64,000 bases of DNA from a virus, in IMG/VR virus record IMGVR_UViG_2687453534_000001, one strand, 5' to 3'. A program made the translations under genes and the position numbers. The notes under the pieces were generated by a model, which ran no database searches, had not been told where the DNA came from, and saw nothing but the letters and a program-made list of their open reading frames with translations. Below are positions 36,010-45,474 of this stretch, piece after piece (the first letter of the stretch is position 1; every line of letters starts with the position of its first letter).

Positions 36010-36630
36010 ATGTCAGAAGAAGTCGGAACCCCCACGCCCAACTCGATGCCCGGAGCGGCCGAGACCGCGGCTGGTCAGCAGCCAGACGCGACGGGGGAGA
36101 GCATCGACGAGCTGGAAACTTCGTACGACGAACAGCTCGCGACGCTGGAGGGCGAACGCGACCAGTGGCGCGACCAGGCTCGTAAGAACGAGGCTCGCGC
36201 AAAGACAAACGCGGCCAAGGCGAAGGAGCACGATCAGCACTTCGCCGAGTACAAGGCCGCGTTCGATCGCGAACAGCAGAAGAAGGAAAGCGAGAAGACA
36301 CCTGATCAGCGCGTGCTAGATCAGGCAGCTCAGGATCGGGCTCGCGCCGAGAAGGCCGAGGCTGACAAGGCTGAGGCAGATGCTCGCCTTCTGAGATACC
36401 AACTGGCCGAAGGCATTCCACCGTTTGCGCTGCCACTGATCACGGCGACTTCTGAGGAAGAGATCACTGCCGAGGTCGAGGACCTAAAGGTCAAGCTCGC
36501 TGCCTACGTCACTGAGGTGACCAATAGCCAGTCCCGCAGGCCAGCTCCCGATCCGGCGTTTGGGCGCGGTGGTGCCGCTGGAGCAACTCCAGAAGAGCAA
36601 TTCGCCGCAGCGCTCAGAGGCGTTATTTAG
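36010..36630 (+). CDS. Scaffolding protein
   Basis: GGAGAG RBS. Acidic coiled-coil protein preceding the major capsid gene. Confidence 0.7.
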   Translation: MSEEVGTPTPNSMPGAAETAAGQQPDATGESIDELETSYDEQLATLEGERDQWRDQARKNEARAKTNAAKAKEHDQHFAEYKAAFDREQQKKESEKTPDQRVLDQAAQDRARAEKAEADKAEADARLLRYQLAEGIPPFALPLITATSEEEITAEVEDLKVKLAAYVTEVTNSQSRRPAPDPAFGRGGAAGATPEEQFAAALRGVI

Positions 36631-36662
36631 CAACCACTTTCATTTGAAAGGAGGTCACACCA

Positions 36663-37556
36663 ATGGCTGGTGTGGACATCAATCGGACTACAAACGGGGT
36701 GCTTCTGCCCCCGGCTGTGTCCCAGCAGATCTGGCAGAACGTCCAGCAGGCTTCGATCATTCAGCAGCTCGTGCCGCAGATTGATCTTCCCGCTGGTGGC
36801 CTGTCCATCCCGATCATCACGGGAGATCCCCAGGCCGAGTGGGTCGATGAGACCGACGAGAAGCCGGTAAGCCGCGGATCGCTGAGTTCCAAGAACATCA
36901 AGGGCTACACGCTTGCCGTGATCGTCCCGTTCTCGAACCAGTTCAAGCGCGACCTTCCGGGCCTATACAACGCTCTCGTCAGTCGCCTTCCGCGTGTCCT
37001 TGCCAAGAAGTTCGACCGTACGTGCCTGGGGTTCGACCCCTCGCCCGGTACTGGATTCGACACTCTCGCGGCTGCGCCGACCGCTTCGATCGCTACCAAC
37101 GTCTACGACGGCTACGTCGATGCGCTGGAGTCTGTCGCTTCGGTCGAGGGCTCTGACGTCGAGCGCTGGGTTCTCACCTCTCAGGCTGAGATCGCCGCGC
37201 TGGGCGCCAAGGACACCATGGGTCGCCCAATCTTCATCGACTCGGTTACCCGTGAGGGTCGCGTTGAGCGAGAGATTCTGGCGCGTCCCGTCTCCAAGAC
37301 ACCGCATGCCTACAAGGCCGGTTCGCCGTCCACCGTGGGCTTCGGCGGCGAGTGGTCCACCGCAATGTGGGGCTACGTGGAGGGCCTGTCCATCGACATC
37401 TCCAGCCAGGCGAGCCTGACTGATGGTGCCGAAACGCTGAACCTGTGGCAGCGCAACATGTTCGCAGTCCGCGTCGAGTTCGAGGTTGGTTTCGCCGTTC
37501 GCGACGTTAACCGCTTCGTCCGCATCACGGGCGCAAACGCCGCTCCGGGTAGCTAG
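36663..37556 (+). CDS. Major capsid protein
   Basis: Strong AAAGGAGG RBS. 297 aa. Position after the scaffold. Confidence 0.85.
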   Translation: MAGVDINRTTNGVLLPPAVSQQIWQNVQQASIIQQLVPQIDLPAGGLSIPIITGDPQAEWVDETDEKPVSRGSLSSKNIKGYTLAVIVPFSNQFKRDLPGLYNALVSRLPRVLAKKFDRTCLGFDPSPGTGFDTLAAAPTASIATNVYDGYVDALESVASVEGSDVERWVLTSQAEIAALGAKDTMGRPIFIDSVTREGRVEREILARPVSKTPHAYKAGSPSTVGFGGEWSTAMWGYVEGLSIDISSQASLTDGAETLNLWQRNMFAVRVEFEVGFAVRDVNRFVRITGANAAPGS

Positions 37557-37572
37557 CAGAAGGGAGCGGACA

Positions 37573-37977
37573 GTGGCCGCCGTTGCAATCACCAGAGGCG
37601 AGATTCAGGCACATCTACCGGGTGCGCCCGATGAAGTGGTTGATCGTCTCATCGCTGGCACGATTGCGCGAGCGGCCCTGTTCGCGCCCTGCATTACCTC
37701 AGCCCAATTCCCCATAGAGAAGGCGGCCGCAGCGAAGGACATCCTGATCGATGTCATCGTGCGTGCCGCCGAATCGGGGAGTGGCGTGCAGAGCAACATT
37801 ATGGCTGGCCCTTACCAGGTCAGCTCTGATACCTCCAAACCGCGACGCCGCCGCTTTGAGACCGACGAGATACGCGATCTCAAGGCCCTGTGTGGCATCA
37901 AGTCCGGCGGTGCGTTCACCATCACTCCGACGTACGACGCGACCGACGCATATACCGAGGATGTAACCCCGGCGTGA
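37573..37977 (+). CDS. Head-to-tail connector/adaptor
   Basis: GTG start with GAAGGGAG RBS. 134 aa. Confidence 0.6.
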   Translation: MAAVAITRGEIQAHLPGAPDEVVDRLIAGTIARAALFAPCITSAQFPIEKAAAAKDILIDVIVRAAESGSGVQSNIMAGPYQVSSDTSKPRRRRFETDEIRDLKALCGIKSGGAFTITPTYDATDAYTEDVTPA

Positions 37978-38438
37978 CGATCATCGCAGCCATTCCCACC
38001 AACCTGCTCGGTGCTCTGCACCGCTACAACTCGGCCGCGGTCAACGCGGAGAACGCGCCAGTTCGCACTTGGACGCCACCCAAAGGTCAGCGCGGCATTC
38101 TGTTCTGGTTTCAGGCGGCCGCGCCCCCTGGTGGCGCTGGGGACCCCGAATACATCAAGGATCGGTCCGTCGATCGGGTTGAACTGTATATCCCGCCCTT
38201 GCTCATCGACATCGACGGCAATGCAATGGACGATCCCGGCGCGATGGATGTGATCGACCTCCCCGACAAGAACTCGTTGCGTGGCGTGCGACCAGGACGC
38301 GCCGGCCTCCTGCAAGCGCTCAATGACGACCGAATTATCTGGAACCGCTACGAGGTTCAGGGCTGGCCGCGCGATTACACCAACGGTTTTCACCTATGGC
38401 AACCAGGCAAGGTTGTCGACCTAGAGAGGGTCACCTGA
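37974..38438 (+). CDS. Head-tail joining protein
   Basis: GTGA-coupled. 154 aa. Confidence 0.55.
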   Translation: MTIIAAIPTNLLGALHRYNSAAVNAENAPVRTWTPPKGQRGILFWFQAAAPPGGAGDPEYIKDRSVDRVELYIPPLLIDIDGNAMDDPGAMDVIDLPDKNSLRGVRPGRAGLLQALNDDRIIWNRYEVQGWPRDYTNGFHLWQPGKVVDLERVT

Positions 38439-38617
38439 TGTTCCGAGTTCACCTCAAGAGCGGCGAGCACGTTGATTTTCCCGAGGATGGCAAGTCTGAG
38501 TGGGAGACCGAAGAGGTCACCAACAACCTGATAGTGAGCACCGACACCCGCATTGGGATTTTCAACGGCGACCAGTGGACGCACGTAGTCGAGGATCGCG
38601 ACACCGATGGCGAGTAG
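38438..38617 (+). CDS. Small structural-module protein
   Basis: TGATG coupling. 59 aa. Confidence 0.45.
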   Translation: MFRVHLKSGEHVDFPEDGKSEWETEEVTNNLIVSTDTRIGIFNGDQWTHVVEDRDTDGE

Positions 38618-38879
38618 TCGGGTTCGCATTCAGCACAAGGTGAACGGCTACTACAAAATTCGCGGTGCTGCGGGAGTGAGAAGCGATCTTGAGCGCCGCG
38701 CAGCCGCGATCGCCGCGGCGGCGAACGCCGAGTCCGGTACGGACGGGTTCAAAACCAGCAGTGTGCAGGGCGTTAAGCGCCCTCAAGGTCGTTGGCGTAC
38801 GACCGTAATTCCCACGACATTCAAGGCTATTCGGCACAATGCCCGACACAACACATTGGTGAAGCGGCTCCATGGCTGA
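38607..38879 (+). CDS. Hypothetical structural-module protein
   Basis: 90 aa. Confidence 0.5.
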   Translation: MASSRVRIQHKVNGYYKIRGAAGVRSDLERRAAAIAAAANAESGTDGFKTSSVQGVKRPQGRWRTTVIPTTFKAIRHNARHNTLVKRLHG

Positions 38880-39294
38880 GCTGATCGTTCCCAAACCATC
38901 TGTAGCGCTTGCGGTTCAGGCATTGACCGCAGGGTTACCGCAAGCTGGCCTAACCGGTGTCTTCGTTTCTTCCAAGAAGCCGGGCACTGCGACGGGTCAT
39001 CGCATCCTGCCAGGCAAGTTCATCCGCGTAACGCGACTGAACTCGGGTGGGATGCTCAATCGCGTTACCGACCAGGCACATCTGCTGATCGAGTGCTGGG
39101 ACGATAGCGGAGAAGGGGAGAAGCTGGCCAACACAGCGCGTGGGGTGTTGCGCGCTGTCAGTGGCCAAACGATCGCTGGCGGATTCGTTCGTTGTGCCGG
39201 TGACGACAACGGGCCCGTGGAATTTCCCGATCCCGACGTGCCGAGTCACGACCGCTATCAGTTCACGGTCGACCTGCTCATCTCCACCAACTAG
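38872..39294 (+). CDS. Tail terminator / neck protein
   Basis: 140 aa, immediately upstream of the major tail gene. Confidence 0.55.
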   Translation: MAELIVPKPSVALAVQALTAGLPQAGLTGVFVSSKKPGTATGHRILPGKFIRVTRLNSGGMLNRVTDQAHLLIECWDDSGEGEKLANTARGVLRAVSGQTIAGGFVRCAGDDNGPVEFPDPDVPSHDRYQFTVDLLISTN

Positions 39295-39360
39295 CCCGAA
39301 ACGGGTGCCCCTCAGGTCCGGTCCAAGTTCCGACCACTTCTCAGTAGAAGGGGACCAATT

Positions 39361-39942
39361 ATGGCCAATTCCAAGAACATTTGGGCGGCAACTCTTCACG
39401 AGGATGGCGGTAGCTTCTACCGTGCTCCTCTGGGGACCCCGCTGCCTGATGACGCCCTTGATGCGCTTGACGCTGCTTTCAAGGACCACGGCTGGATGGG
39501 TGACGACGGGTTCAAGGTGAGCCCCAAGCGTGACACCACCAAGCACAAGGCATTTGGTGGGTCCACGGTCAAGACGACCCAGGACAACTACGAATGCACT
39601 GTTACCGCAACGATCTACGAGCAGAACATTGTGACGCTCAAGACCGTCTTCGGTGACGACAACGTGACCGTGAGCTACGCGAGTGGTCACGCCAAGTACC
39701 GCGTCGAATGGTCTGATGCTCAGCTGCCGCGCAGCTCGTTCATCCAGCGCTACATCGACGGACGGAAGACCGCGCTCAATGTGATCGAAGAAGGCCAGAT
39801 CGTAGAGATCGAGGACATCGAGTATGTCCACGATCAACTGGTCAAGTTCACGGTCAACATCGACGTGTACAAGCCGGAATCTGGTAACCCCGGCGTCTAC
39901 TCGCTGATCGACGATCCCGACGCCACTGGCTCGGGCTCCTAG
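39361..39942 (+). CDS. Major tail protein
   Basis: Strong RBS. 193 aa. Followed by a hairpin and the chaperone pair. Confidence 0.8.
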   Translation: MANSKNIWAATLHEDGGSFYRAPLGTPLPDDALDALDAAFKDHGWMGDDGFKVSPKRDTTKHKAFGGSTVKTTQDNYECTVTATIYEQNIVTLKTVFGDDNVTVSYASGHAKYRVEWSDAQLPRSSFIQRYIDGRKTALNVIEEGQIVEIEDIEYVHDQLVKFTVNIDVYKPESGNPGVYSLIDDPDATGSGS

Positions 39943-39953
39943 ATCGAAAGTCT

Positions 39954-40014
39954 CACCCCGGCAATGGTTGTACCTCTGGACCGGACCGCCCTTGCCGGGG
40001 TGGGGCCGTCCGGT
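39954..40014 (+). terminator. Hairpin/attenuator after the major tail gene
   Basis: CACCCCGGCAA ... TTGCCGGGGTG, overlapping GACCGGAC ... GTCCGGTC. Confidence 0.5.
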
Positions 40015-40047
40015 CAACATCTCTCAAATTGAAAGGTTCGGTCCATC

Positions 40048-40506
40048 ATGGCATTTCGTATCACCCCCGCATCTGAGGCAAAGGTCGAATTTGAGGTGCC
40101 TATGAAAGACGGCTCCGTGCTGGCTTTCGCATTGCCGCACATGAACTTCATGGACGAAGACCTAGCCCGAAAGATGAAGAAAAACCTCACCGCGCTAGAC
40201 GCGCCCGTTCCAGTGCTGGATGCCGAGGGTAACCCGATTCTTGATGAAGAGGGCAACCCGGAGACCGAGGTGCCGCGCCGGACCATGCACGAGACCACCC
40301 GAGACTCGGCCCGGGCCATGCTCAGCGCGGTACTCGATGAGTCGCTGTGCGACCGGCTGATGACGCTCACGGTCGGCGAACTGGATCAGATTCTTGCCCA
40401 CTGGGCCAAGGAGTCTCAGAAGCCAGTCGGACCGGATGGCCAGACCCGCGACAACGGCGAGCCTGGCGTCAGCCTGGGGGAATCTTCCGCCTCCTCGAAC
40501 TCCTAG
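40048..40506 (+). CDS. Tail assembly chaperone (G-like)
   Basis: 152 aa between the major tail and tape-measure genes. Confidence 0.75.
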   Translation: MAFRITPASEAKVEFEVPMKDGSVLAFALPHMNFMDEDLARKMKKNLTALDAPVPVLDAEGNPILDEEGNPETEVPRRTMHETTRDSARAMLSAVLDESLCDRLMTLTVGELDQILAHWAKESQKPVGPDGQTRDNGEPGVSLGESSASSNS

Positions 40507-40925
40507 ACGAGTGGGGGGAGGCGATCCAAGCCGACCTAATGGATCGCCAGCTTCACCGTCGTGACATCGGCTCACTGCTGATGTCCTGGCAGGAATTGCG
40601 TGTGTTCCTGGAGAACTTGGGCACCAACTCCGCGCTGTTCCGTGCACGTCATCCGCGCACGTGGGCATGGGACCTGAACGTAGATCTACTGTGCGCCATC
40701 CTTTTCACGCTTCAAGGCGCGAACTGGCAGCGCGCGGGCGGCCGAGGTTCCAAGCCCAAACAGATCAAGAGGCCCAGCGACGAAGGGCCATCGATCGATC
40801 CGAATATCCCTATGGCCGTGCGTAAACAGCGGCACGACGACGAGATCGCCCGTCGTCGTGCGGTGCGAGACAAGAGGCGTGGCAGGAAATCACAGATGAT
40901 CCCGAGAGGAGTGAGCGTTGGCTAA
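40347..40925 (+). CDS. Tail assembly chaperone -1 frameshift extension (GT-like); expressed as a 40048..~40480 / 40476..40925 fusion
   Basis: Overlapping -1 frame. G-run CTGGGGGAA at about 40474-40482 is the likely slip site. Confidence 0.6.
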   Translation: MRPADDAHGRRTGSDSCPLGQGVSEASRTGWPDPRQRRAWRQPGGIFRLLELLDEWGEAIQADLMDRQLHRRDIGSLLMSWQELRVFLENLGTNSALFRARHPRTWAWDLNVDLLCAILFTLQGANWQRAGGRGSKPKQIKRPSDEGPSIDPNIPMAVRKQRHDDEIARRRAVRDKRRGRKSQMIPRGVSVG

Positions 40926-43900
40926 AGGCGTAGAGCTGGCTGTTGGATACGTCTCGCTCGTGGCAGAGACTCGCGATCTGCAAAAGGGTGTCACTCGCGC
41001 ACTGAATGCCGCTGGAAACGACGCTGACGCCATCGGCCGGCGCATGGGGCGCGATCTAGGACAGGGGGCGTCCACGTCGTTCGGCGACATCATGAAGAAG
41101 GGTCTCGCTACTGCGGGCATCGCGGGCGGCCTTGCGTCGATCACCGCTGGATTCACCGCCGCCGTCAAGTCGGGGACTGAGTTTCAGCGGAATTTGAACA
41201 CCCTTCAGGGCGCATCGAACGCATCGGCGGCCGAGATGGCCCAGATCAGCGCCAGGGCTCGCGAGCTTGGTAGGGACGTGACACTGACTGGCACCTCCGC
41301 GCAGGATGCCGCAGCCGCAATGACCGAGTTGGTGAAGGGTGGCCTGAACGTAAGGCAGGCGATGGAGGCCGCACGCGGGACTCTCCAACTCGCCACCGCC
41401 GCACAAGTGGACGCCGCAACTGCTGCCGAAATTCAGGCTCGCACTCTCAACACCTTCGGCCTTGGTGCGGAGTCCGCGGCCATGGTCGCCGACAACCTCT
41501 CGAATGCCGCCGCCGCAGCAAGTGGTGAAATCACCGATGTCGCCTACGCAATGCAGGCTGGCGGCGCAGTCGCATCCAACTTCGGCCTGTCCGTCGAAGA
41601 TACGACCACCGCACTCGCGCTGTTTGCCAAGAACGGCATCATCGGCAGTGACGCCGGAACGATGCTCAAGGCATCACTGCTGGCCATCACCGATTCGAGT
41701 AAGCCCGCCCAGGGTGCGATCGAAGAGTTGGGTCTGACTCTATACGACCAGCAGGGGCGCTTTGTCGGCATCCGCTCGATGATGGACCAGCTCAATCAGG
41801 CCGCAAAGCGGATGACGCCGGAGATGTTCCAATCCGCGACCACAACGCTCTACGGCTCGGACGCTGCCCGTATCGCCGGTATCGCAGCGCGGACGAGCGG
41901 CAAAGACTTCGACGTGATGCGGGAGGCTGTCACCAAACAAGGGGGCGCGGCACGTCTGGCCTCTGCTCAGCTCACGGGTCTACCGGGAGTCTTTGAACGT
42001 CTGTCGAATACGGTCGATGACGCCAAGCTTCAATTGTCGGATCTAGTTGATGGTCCGCTCATACAGGTCGGCAACTGGGTCAACACGACGCTTGGCGACC
42101 TCCTAGATGCACTGAAGGGCGACACCAGTAGTGGCGTCTTTTCAGACATCACTGAAGGGGTCAAAGAGGCATGGCCGGATATTCAGAAGTTCGGCAAGGC
42201 GCTCGGTGAGGTTCTCCAAACGCTTGGCAGCGCGGCGTGGACCGGCTTCGTAGAAGCGCTGAAAGTCGCTGGCGACGTTATCGGATTCGTTGCGCCGCTG
42301 CTGAGTACGGTCGCAAGCGCGCTCGACGGTCAAGAGTCGTTGGTTACCGCGGTCGCGGTGGCATGGGCTTCATGGAAGTTCATCCCCGCACTTCTAGACC
42401 GGCTTCCGGGTCCGCTGGGTAACCTGCGGCAGACCCTACCCGGTGTTGTCACCGGCATGCGTGGATTCCGCGAAGAGATGCAGTTACAGCGCAGTCTTGG
42501 GGCCGCCCAGGGTGTCCAGTTGAACGGCATGAACGCAGCTCTTGCCACCATGCAGGCGCGGTATTCGGTACTTGGTCGCATGGGTGAGGCGTACCGCTCA
42601 GGTGTCGATGGTGCCGAACGGTTCGGGCGTACAGCGGGTGTGGCACGTGCAGCGACCGCTGGCTTGTCCACCGCGGCAGGCGGTCTCATGTCAGCACTCG
42701 GTGGCCCGTGGGGGTTGGCACTTGGCGGTGCATCAGTCGCACTGGGCCTACTCGCCGCGAAGCACCAAGAGGCTGCTGACAAGGCTGCTCAACAGCGTCA
42801 GGAAGAGGAAGCACTTCGCGCCACGCTAGACAAATCCACTGGGCGAATCACTGAGCAGACGCGTGAACAGGTCGCGACCAAGTTTCAGGAGATCAACACC
42901 GATCAGCGCGCACGCAGCTACGGCCTAGATCCCACGCAGCTTCTCGACGCAGCCCTAGGAACTGGTGATCCCAACGCGTACAACGACATCCGCAATAGGG
43001 CTGCCGACATCATCGGTGAGCAAGTAGGCGATAAGGGGTTGCGAACCAGAAGCGCGATGATCGACATCCGCAATGCGGGTATCACCAATGAAGAACTGAC
43101 GCAGGCACTTCTGCGCGAGGGCACCGCGTGGGATGACGTTAACAAGAAGCTCAGTGACTATCAGTCAAACCAGAAGAGCATCAACAAGGACTACCAGAAA
43201 GGTGTTGAGGGGCTTCAGGGCTTCATCGACATCATGCCCGATGTGCGCGAGTCGTTTATCACGATGACGCAGAACATCAATGAGCAGCGCAATTCCATCG
43301 GCGACATGTCGCAGAAGCAGCGCGACCTCCAGTCGATGCTCGAAGGCACTTGGCGCGCAACAGAAGAAGGCGTAAAGCGCTTCAAGGAGCTTGGCGCATC
43401 CATTGTCCAAGTGCCAGATAGTAAGTCGGTTGTCGTCACCGCGTTGACCGAGGATGCCCAGAACAAACTTAAGGGCCTTGGCTACGAAGTTCAGAAAATG
43501 AAGGACGGCAATTTCAAGGTTGTTGCCGAAACCGACGACGCCAAGCGCCGAATTGCAGAGCTGATCGAAAAGATCAATCAGCCGCACACCATGACGATTC
43601 AGGCGCAGATGACAGGTTTGGGCGCCATTCTGCCTGGACCCATCGGCCCCGTAGCGGGTGCCTTGCAGCAACTTCCGAAGAAGAAGGATGGCGGCGCGGT
43701 CTACGGCCCCGGTAGCGGAAAGTCCGACGACGTACTCATGTGGGGTTCGCAGGGTGAGCACATGCTTACCGCTGACGACGTTGACAACATGGGCGGACAC
43801 AGAGGCGTGTTCCAACTTCGCCGGGCGGCGGCGCAGGGCATGCTTCCGGGGTTCAAGGATGGCGGACCCGTTGACCTGGAAGACCTCTTCGGCGGCGACC

Positions 43901-45474
43901 TCGGTCCGGGTCTGGCGGATGAAGCGGGCTTGCAGAGCAAGACAATTCTGATCAACCGCGCTATTTCGATGCTGTTCGGTGATCGAATTCGGAAGATCGG
44001 CGGCATGCGCGCCGACTCGCTGCCGTACCACCCGTCTGGGCGCGCACTTGACATCATGATTCCAGATTCGAGTACACCCGAGGGGAAGCAACTCGGGGAC
44101 GATATTCGTCGCCACCTGCTGGAGAATGCCAGCGCTTACGGTCTCGAAGATGTTATTTGGCAACAGAACTGGACCGGGGCGAACGGCCAATCGAACCGGA
44201 TGGACGACCGCGGTAACCCGACCGCCAACCATATGGATCACGTTCACGCCACGTCTATCGGAGGCGGGAAGCCTCGCAAAAACACCCGGTTTGTGTTGCC
44301 CGCGAAGGTGCGACGCCAGCTCACCGAGCAGTACATGGCCAATGGTGGCACCGGGCCAGCCAACGCCGCCAGCCTCATGGGGCAGATCATGGGTAACGGC
44401 GGCATTCCAACGGGGCGCGAAAGCGGCGTGAGTGCCCTGGCTGCCGGTGGCATGAACGATCGCGGCACCGACCGCACCGAAGGCTACATTCCCGCCGCGG
44501 CCGGTAGCACCGGCACTGCGGGCACCAGTTTCGCCTCCGGGCTGCTGAACATGGGTGCCGAGGCAGTCAACGGGCTCATCGATCAGGCCGCGTCAGCGGC
44601 GGCCACAGCAGCATCAGCGGCCGCCACAGCCGGCAGCTTCGGCGCTGGCGGTCAAGCCGCAGGTCCGGCCGCCGCTGCGGCGATCGGTCTCGGGGCGAAC
44701 GCGGCCAAGCGTGGTGTGAGCTGGGGCTTCCAGATGGCCGGTATCGGCGTGGACGCGCTGGTTGAGCAGTTGTTCCCATTCGGCGCTCCCCGCTGGCTGG
44801 GCTACGACTACACCGGCTTTGTCCCGCAGCTCCAGAATCAGAGCGCTGCCACCACGACATTGGAAAAGGCGGAGGCGCAGAAGTCGGCCGTCGATCCCAA
44901 TACGAAAGAGCACGGCGAGGGCCTAGGTGCCGCACCCGGCCCCGAGCTACCCGGCGCACCCGTCCAGGCGGGGCAGATGCCCGGCTCTGGCGCGCCTGGC
45001 ACACAGACACAGGCGCAGCCCGGCGCACTGCCTGGTGTGGGTGGTGGTCAGGGGCCGTTGCCGCCACCCCCCGCTAGCTCCAATCCGTTCGGCACGAAAA
45101 CCGGACCCGGTCCTGCAGCACCGCCGCCGACGATGGACGGCCCGCCCGCGGCGACACCGCAGCAGCAGAATCCGAACTCACCGATGGGCCCGGAATGGCT
45201 CAAAATGATGGGCATTTTTGACTCCGGCGGCATGCTGCCGCCTGGTGGTATGGCAATCAACCTGTCGAAGTCGCCCGAGCCTGTTCTAACCGGCCGCCAG
45301 TGGGCCGATGTCAGCACCGCGGCCGCGCGCCAGCCGCTAGAGCCGGGTGCCCTACAGGGCAACGACTACAGCATCAAGGTCGACAACATCAACGTCAAGG
45401 ATGTGGACGAATTGATGGGCCAGCTCAACGACAAGCAGAAGCTCCAGATGATGCGGTACGCGGGGCGACCGTGA
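40918..45474 (+). CDS. Tape measure protein with an embedded M15-like peptidase motif
   Basis: 1518 aa, TTG start, GGAG RBS. YHPSGRALDI ... DHVHAT. Gly/Ala/Pro-rich C-terminal third. Confidence 0.9.
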   Translation: MAKGVELAVGYVSLVAETRDLQKGVTRALNAAGNDADAIGRRMGRDLGQGASTSFGDIMKKGLATAGIAGGLASITAGFTAAVKSGTEFQRNLNTLQGASNASAAEMAQISARARELGRDVTLTGTSAQDAAAAMTELVKGGLNVRQAMEAARGTLQLATAAQVDAATAAEIQARTLNTFGLGAESAAMVADNLSNAAAAASGEITDVAYAMQAGGAVASNFGLSVEDTTTALALFAKNGIIGSDAGTMLKASLLAITDSSKPAQGAIEELGLTLYDQQGRFVGIRSMMDQLNQAAKRMTPEMFQSATTTLYGSDAARIAGIAARTSGKDFDVMREAVTKQGGAARLASAQLTGLPGVFERLSNTVDDAKLQLSDLVDGPLIQVGNWVNTTLGDLLDALKGDTSSGVFSDITEGVKEAWPDIQKFGKALGEVLQTLGSAAWTGFVEALKVAGDVIGFVAPLLSTVASALDGQESLVTAVAVAWASWKFIPALLDRLPGPLGNLRQTLPGVVTGMRGFREEMQLQRSLGAAQGVQLNGMNAALATMQARYSVLGRMGEAYRSGVDGAERFGRTAGVARAATAGLSTAAGGLMSALGGPWGLALGGASVALGLLAAKHQEAADKAAQQRQEEEALRATLDKSTGRITEQTREQVATKFQEINTDQRARSYGLDPTQLLDAALGTGDPNAYNDIRNRAADIIGEQVGDKGLRTRSAMIDIRNAGITNEELTQALLREGTAWDDVNKKLSDYQSNQKSINKDYQKGVEGLQGFIDIMPDVRESFITMTQNINEQRNSIGDMSQKQRDLQSMLEGTWRATEEGVKRFKELGASIVQVPDSKSVVVTALTEDAQNKLKGLGYEVQKMKDGNFKVVAETDDAKRRIAELIEKINQPHTMTIQAQMTGLGAILPGPIGPVAGALQQLPKKKDGGAVYGPGSGKSDDVLMWGSQGEHMLTADDVDNMGGHRGVFQLRRAAAQGMLPGFKDGGPVDLEDLFGGDLGPGLADEAGLQSKTILINRAISMLFGDRIRKIGGMRADSLPYHPSGRALDIMIPDSSTPEGKQLGDDIRRHLLENASAYGLEDVIWQQNWTGANGQSNRMDDRGNPTANHMDHVHATSIGGGKPRKNTRFVLPAKVRRQLTEQYMANGGTGPANAASLMGQIMGNGGIPTGRESGVSALAAGGMNDRGTDRTEGYIPAAAGSTGTAGTSFASGLLNMGAEAVNGLIDQAASAAATAASAAATAGSFGAGGQAAGPAAAAAIGLGANAAKRGVSWGFQMAGIGVDALVEQLFPFGAPRWLGYDYTGFVPQLQNQSAATTTLEKAEAQKSAVDPNTKEHGEGLGAAPGPELPGAPVQAGQMPGSGAPGTQTQAQPGALPGVGGGQGPLPPPPASSNPFGTKTGPGPAAPPPTMDGPPAATPQQQNPNSPMGPEWLKMMGIFDSGGMLPPGGMAINLSKSPEPVLTGRQWADVSTAAARQPLEPGALQGNDYSIKVDNINVKDVDELMGQLNDKQKLQMMRYAGRP

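Noticed and set aside
35882-36436. Upstream 185 codons of the 245-aa minus-strand ORF 35699..36436
   Set aside because: They lie antisense to the scaffolding gene and the promoter region. Only the terminal 60 codons (from MKTTDED) form a plausible small gene.
38950-44247. Long antisense ORFs 38950..40020 (-, 356 aa) and 43165..44247 (-, 360 aa), plus many 60-200-aa antisense ORFs (for example 1409..1843, 18860..19537, 32501..32893, 36963..37592)
   Set aside because: These are typical high-GC antisense artefacts inside well-supported + strand genes (major tail, tape measure, integrase, helicase, MuF). They have no RBS and the wrong codon-position GC pattern.
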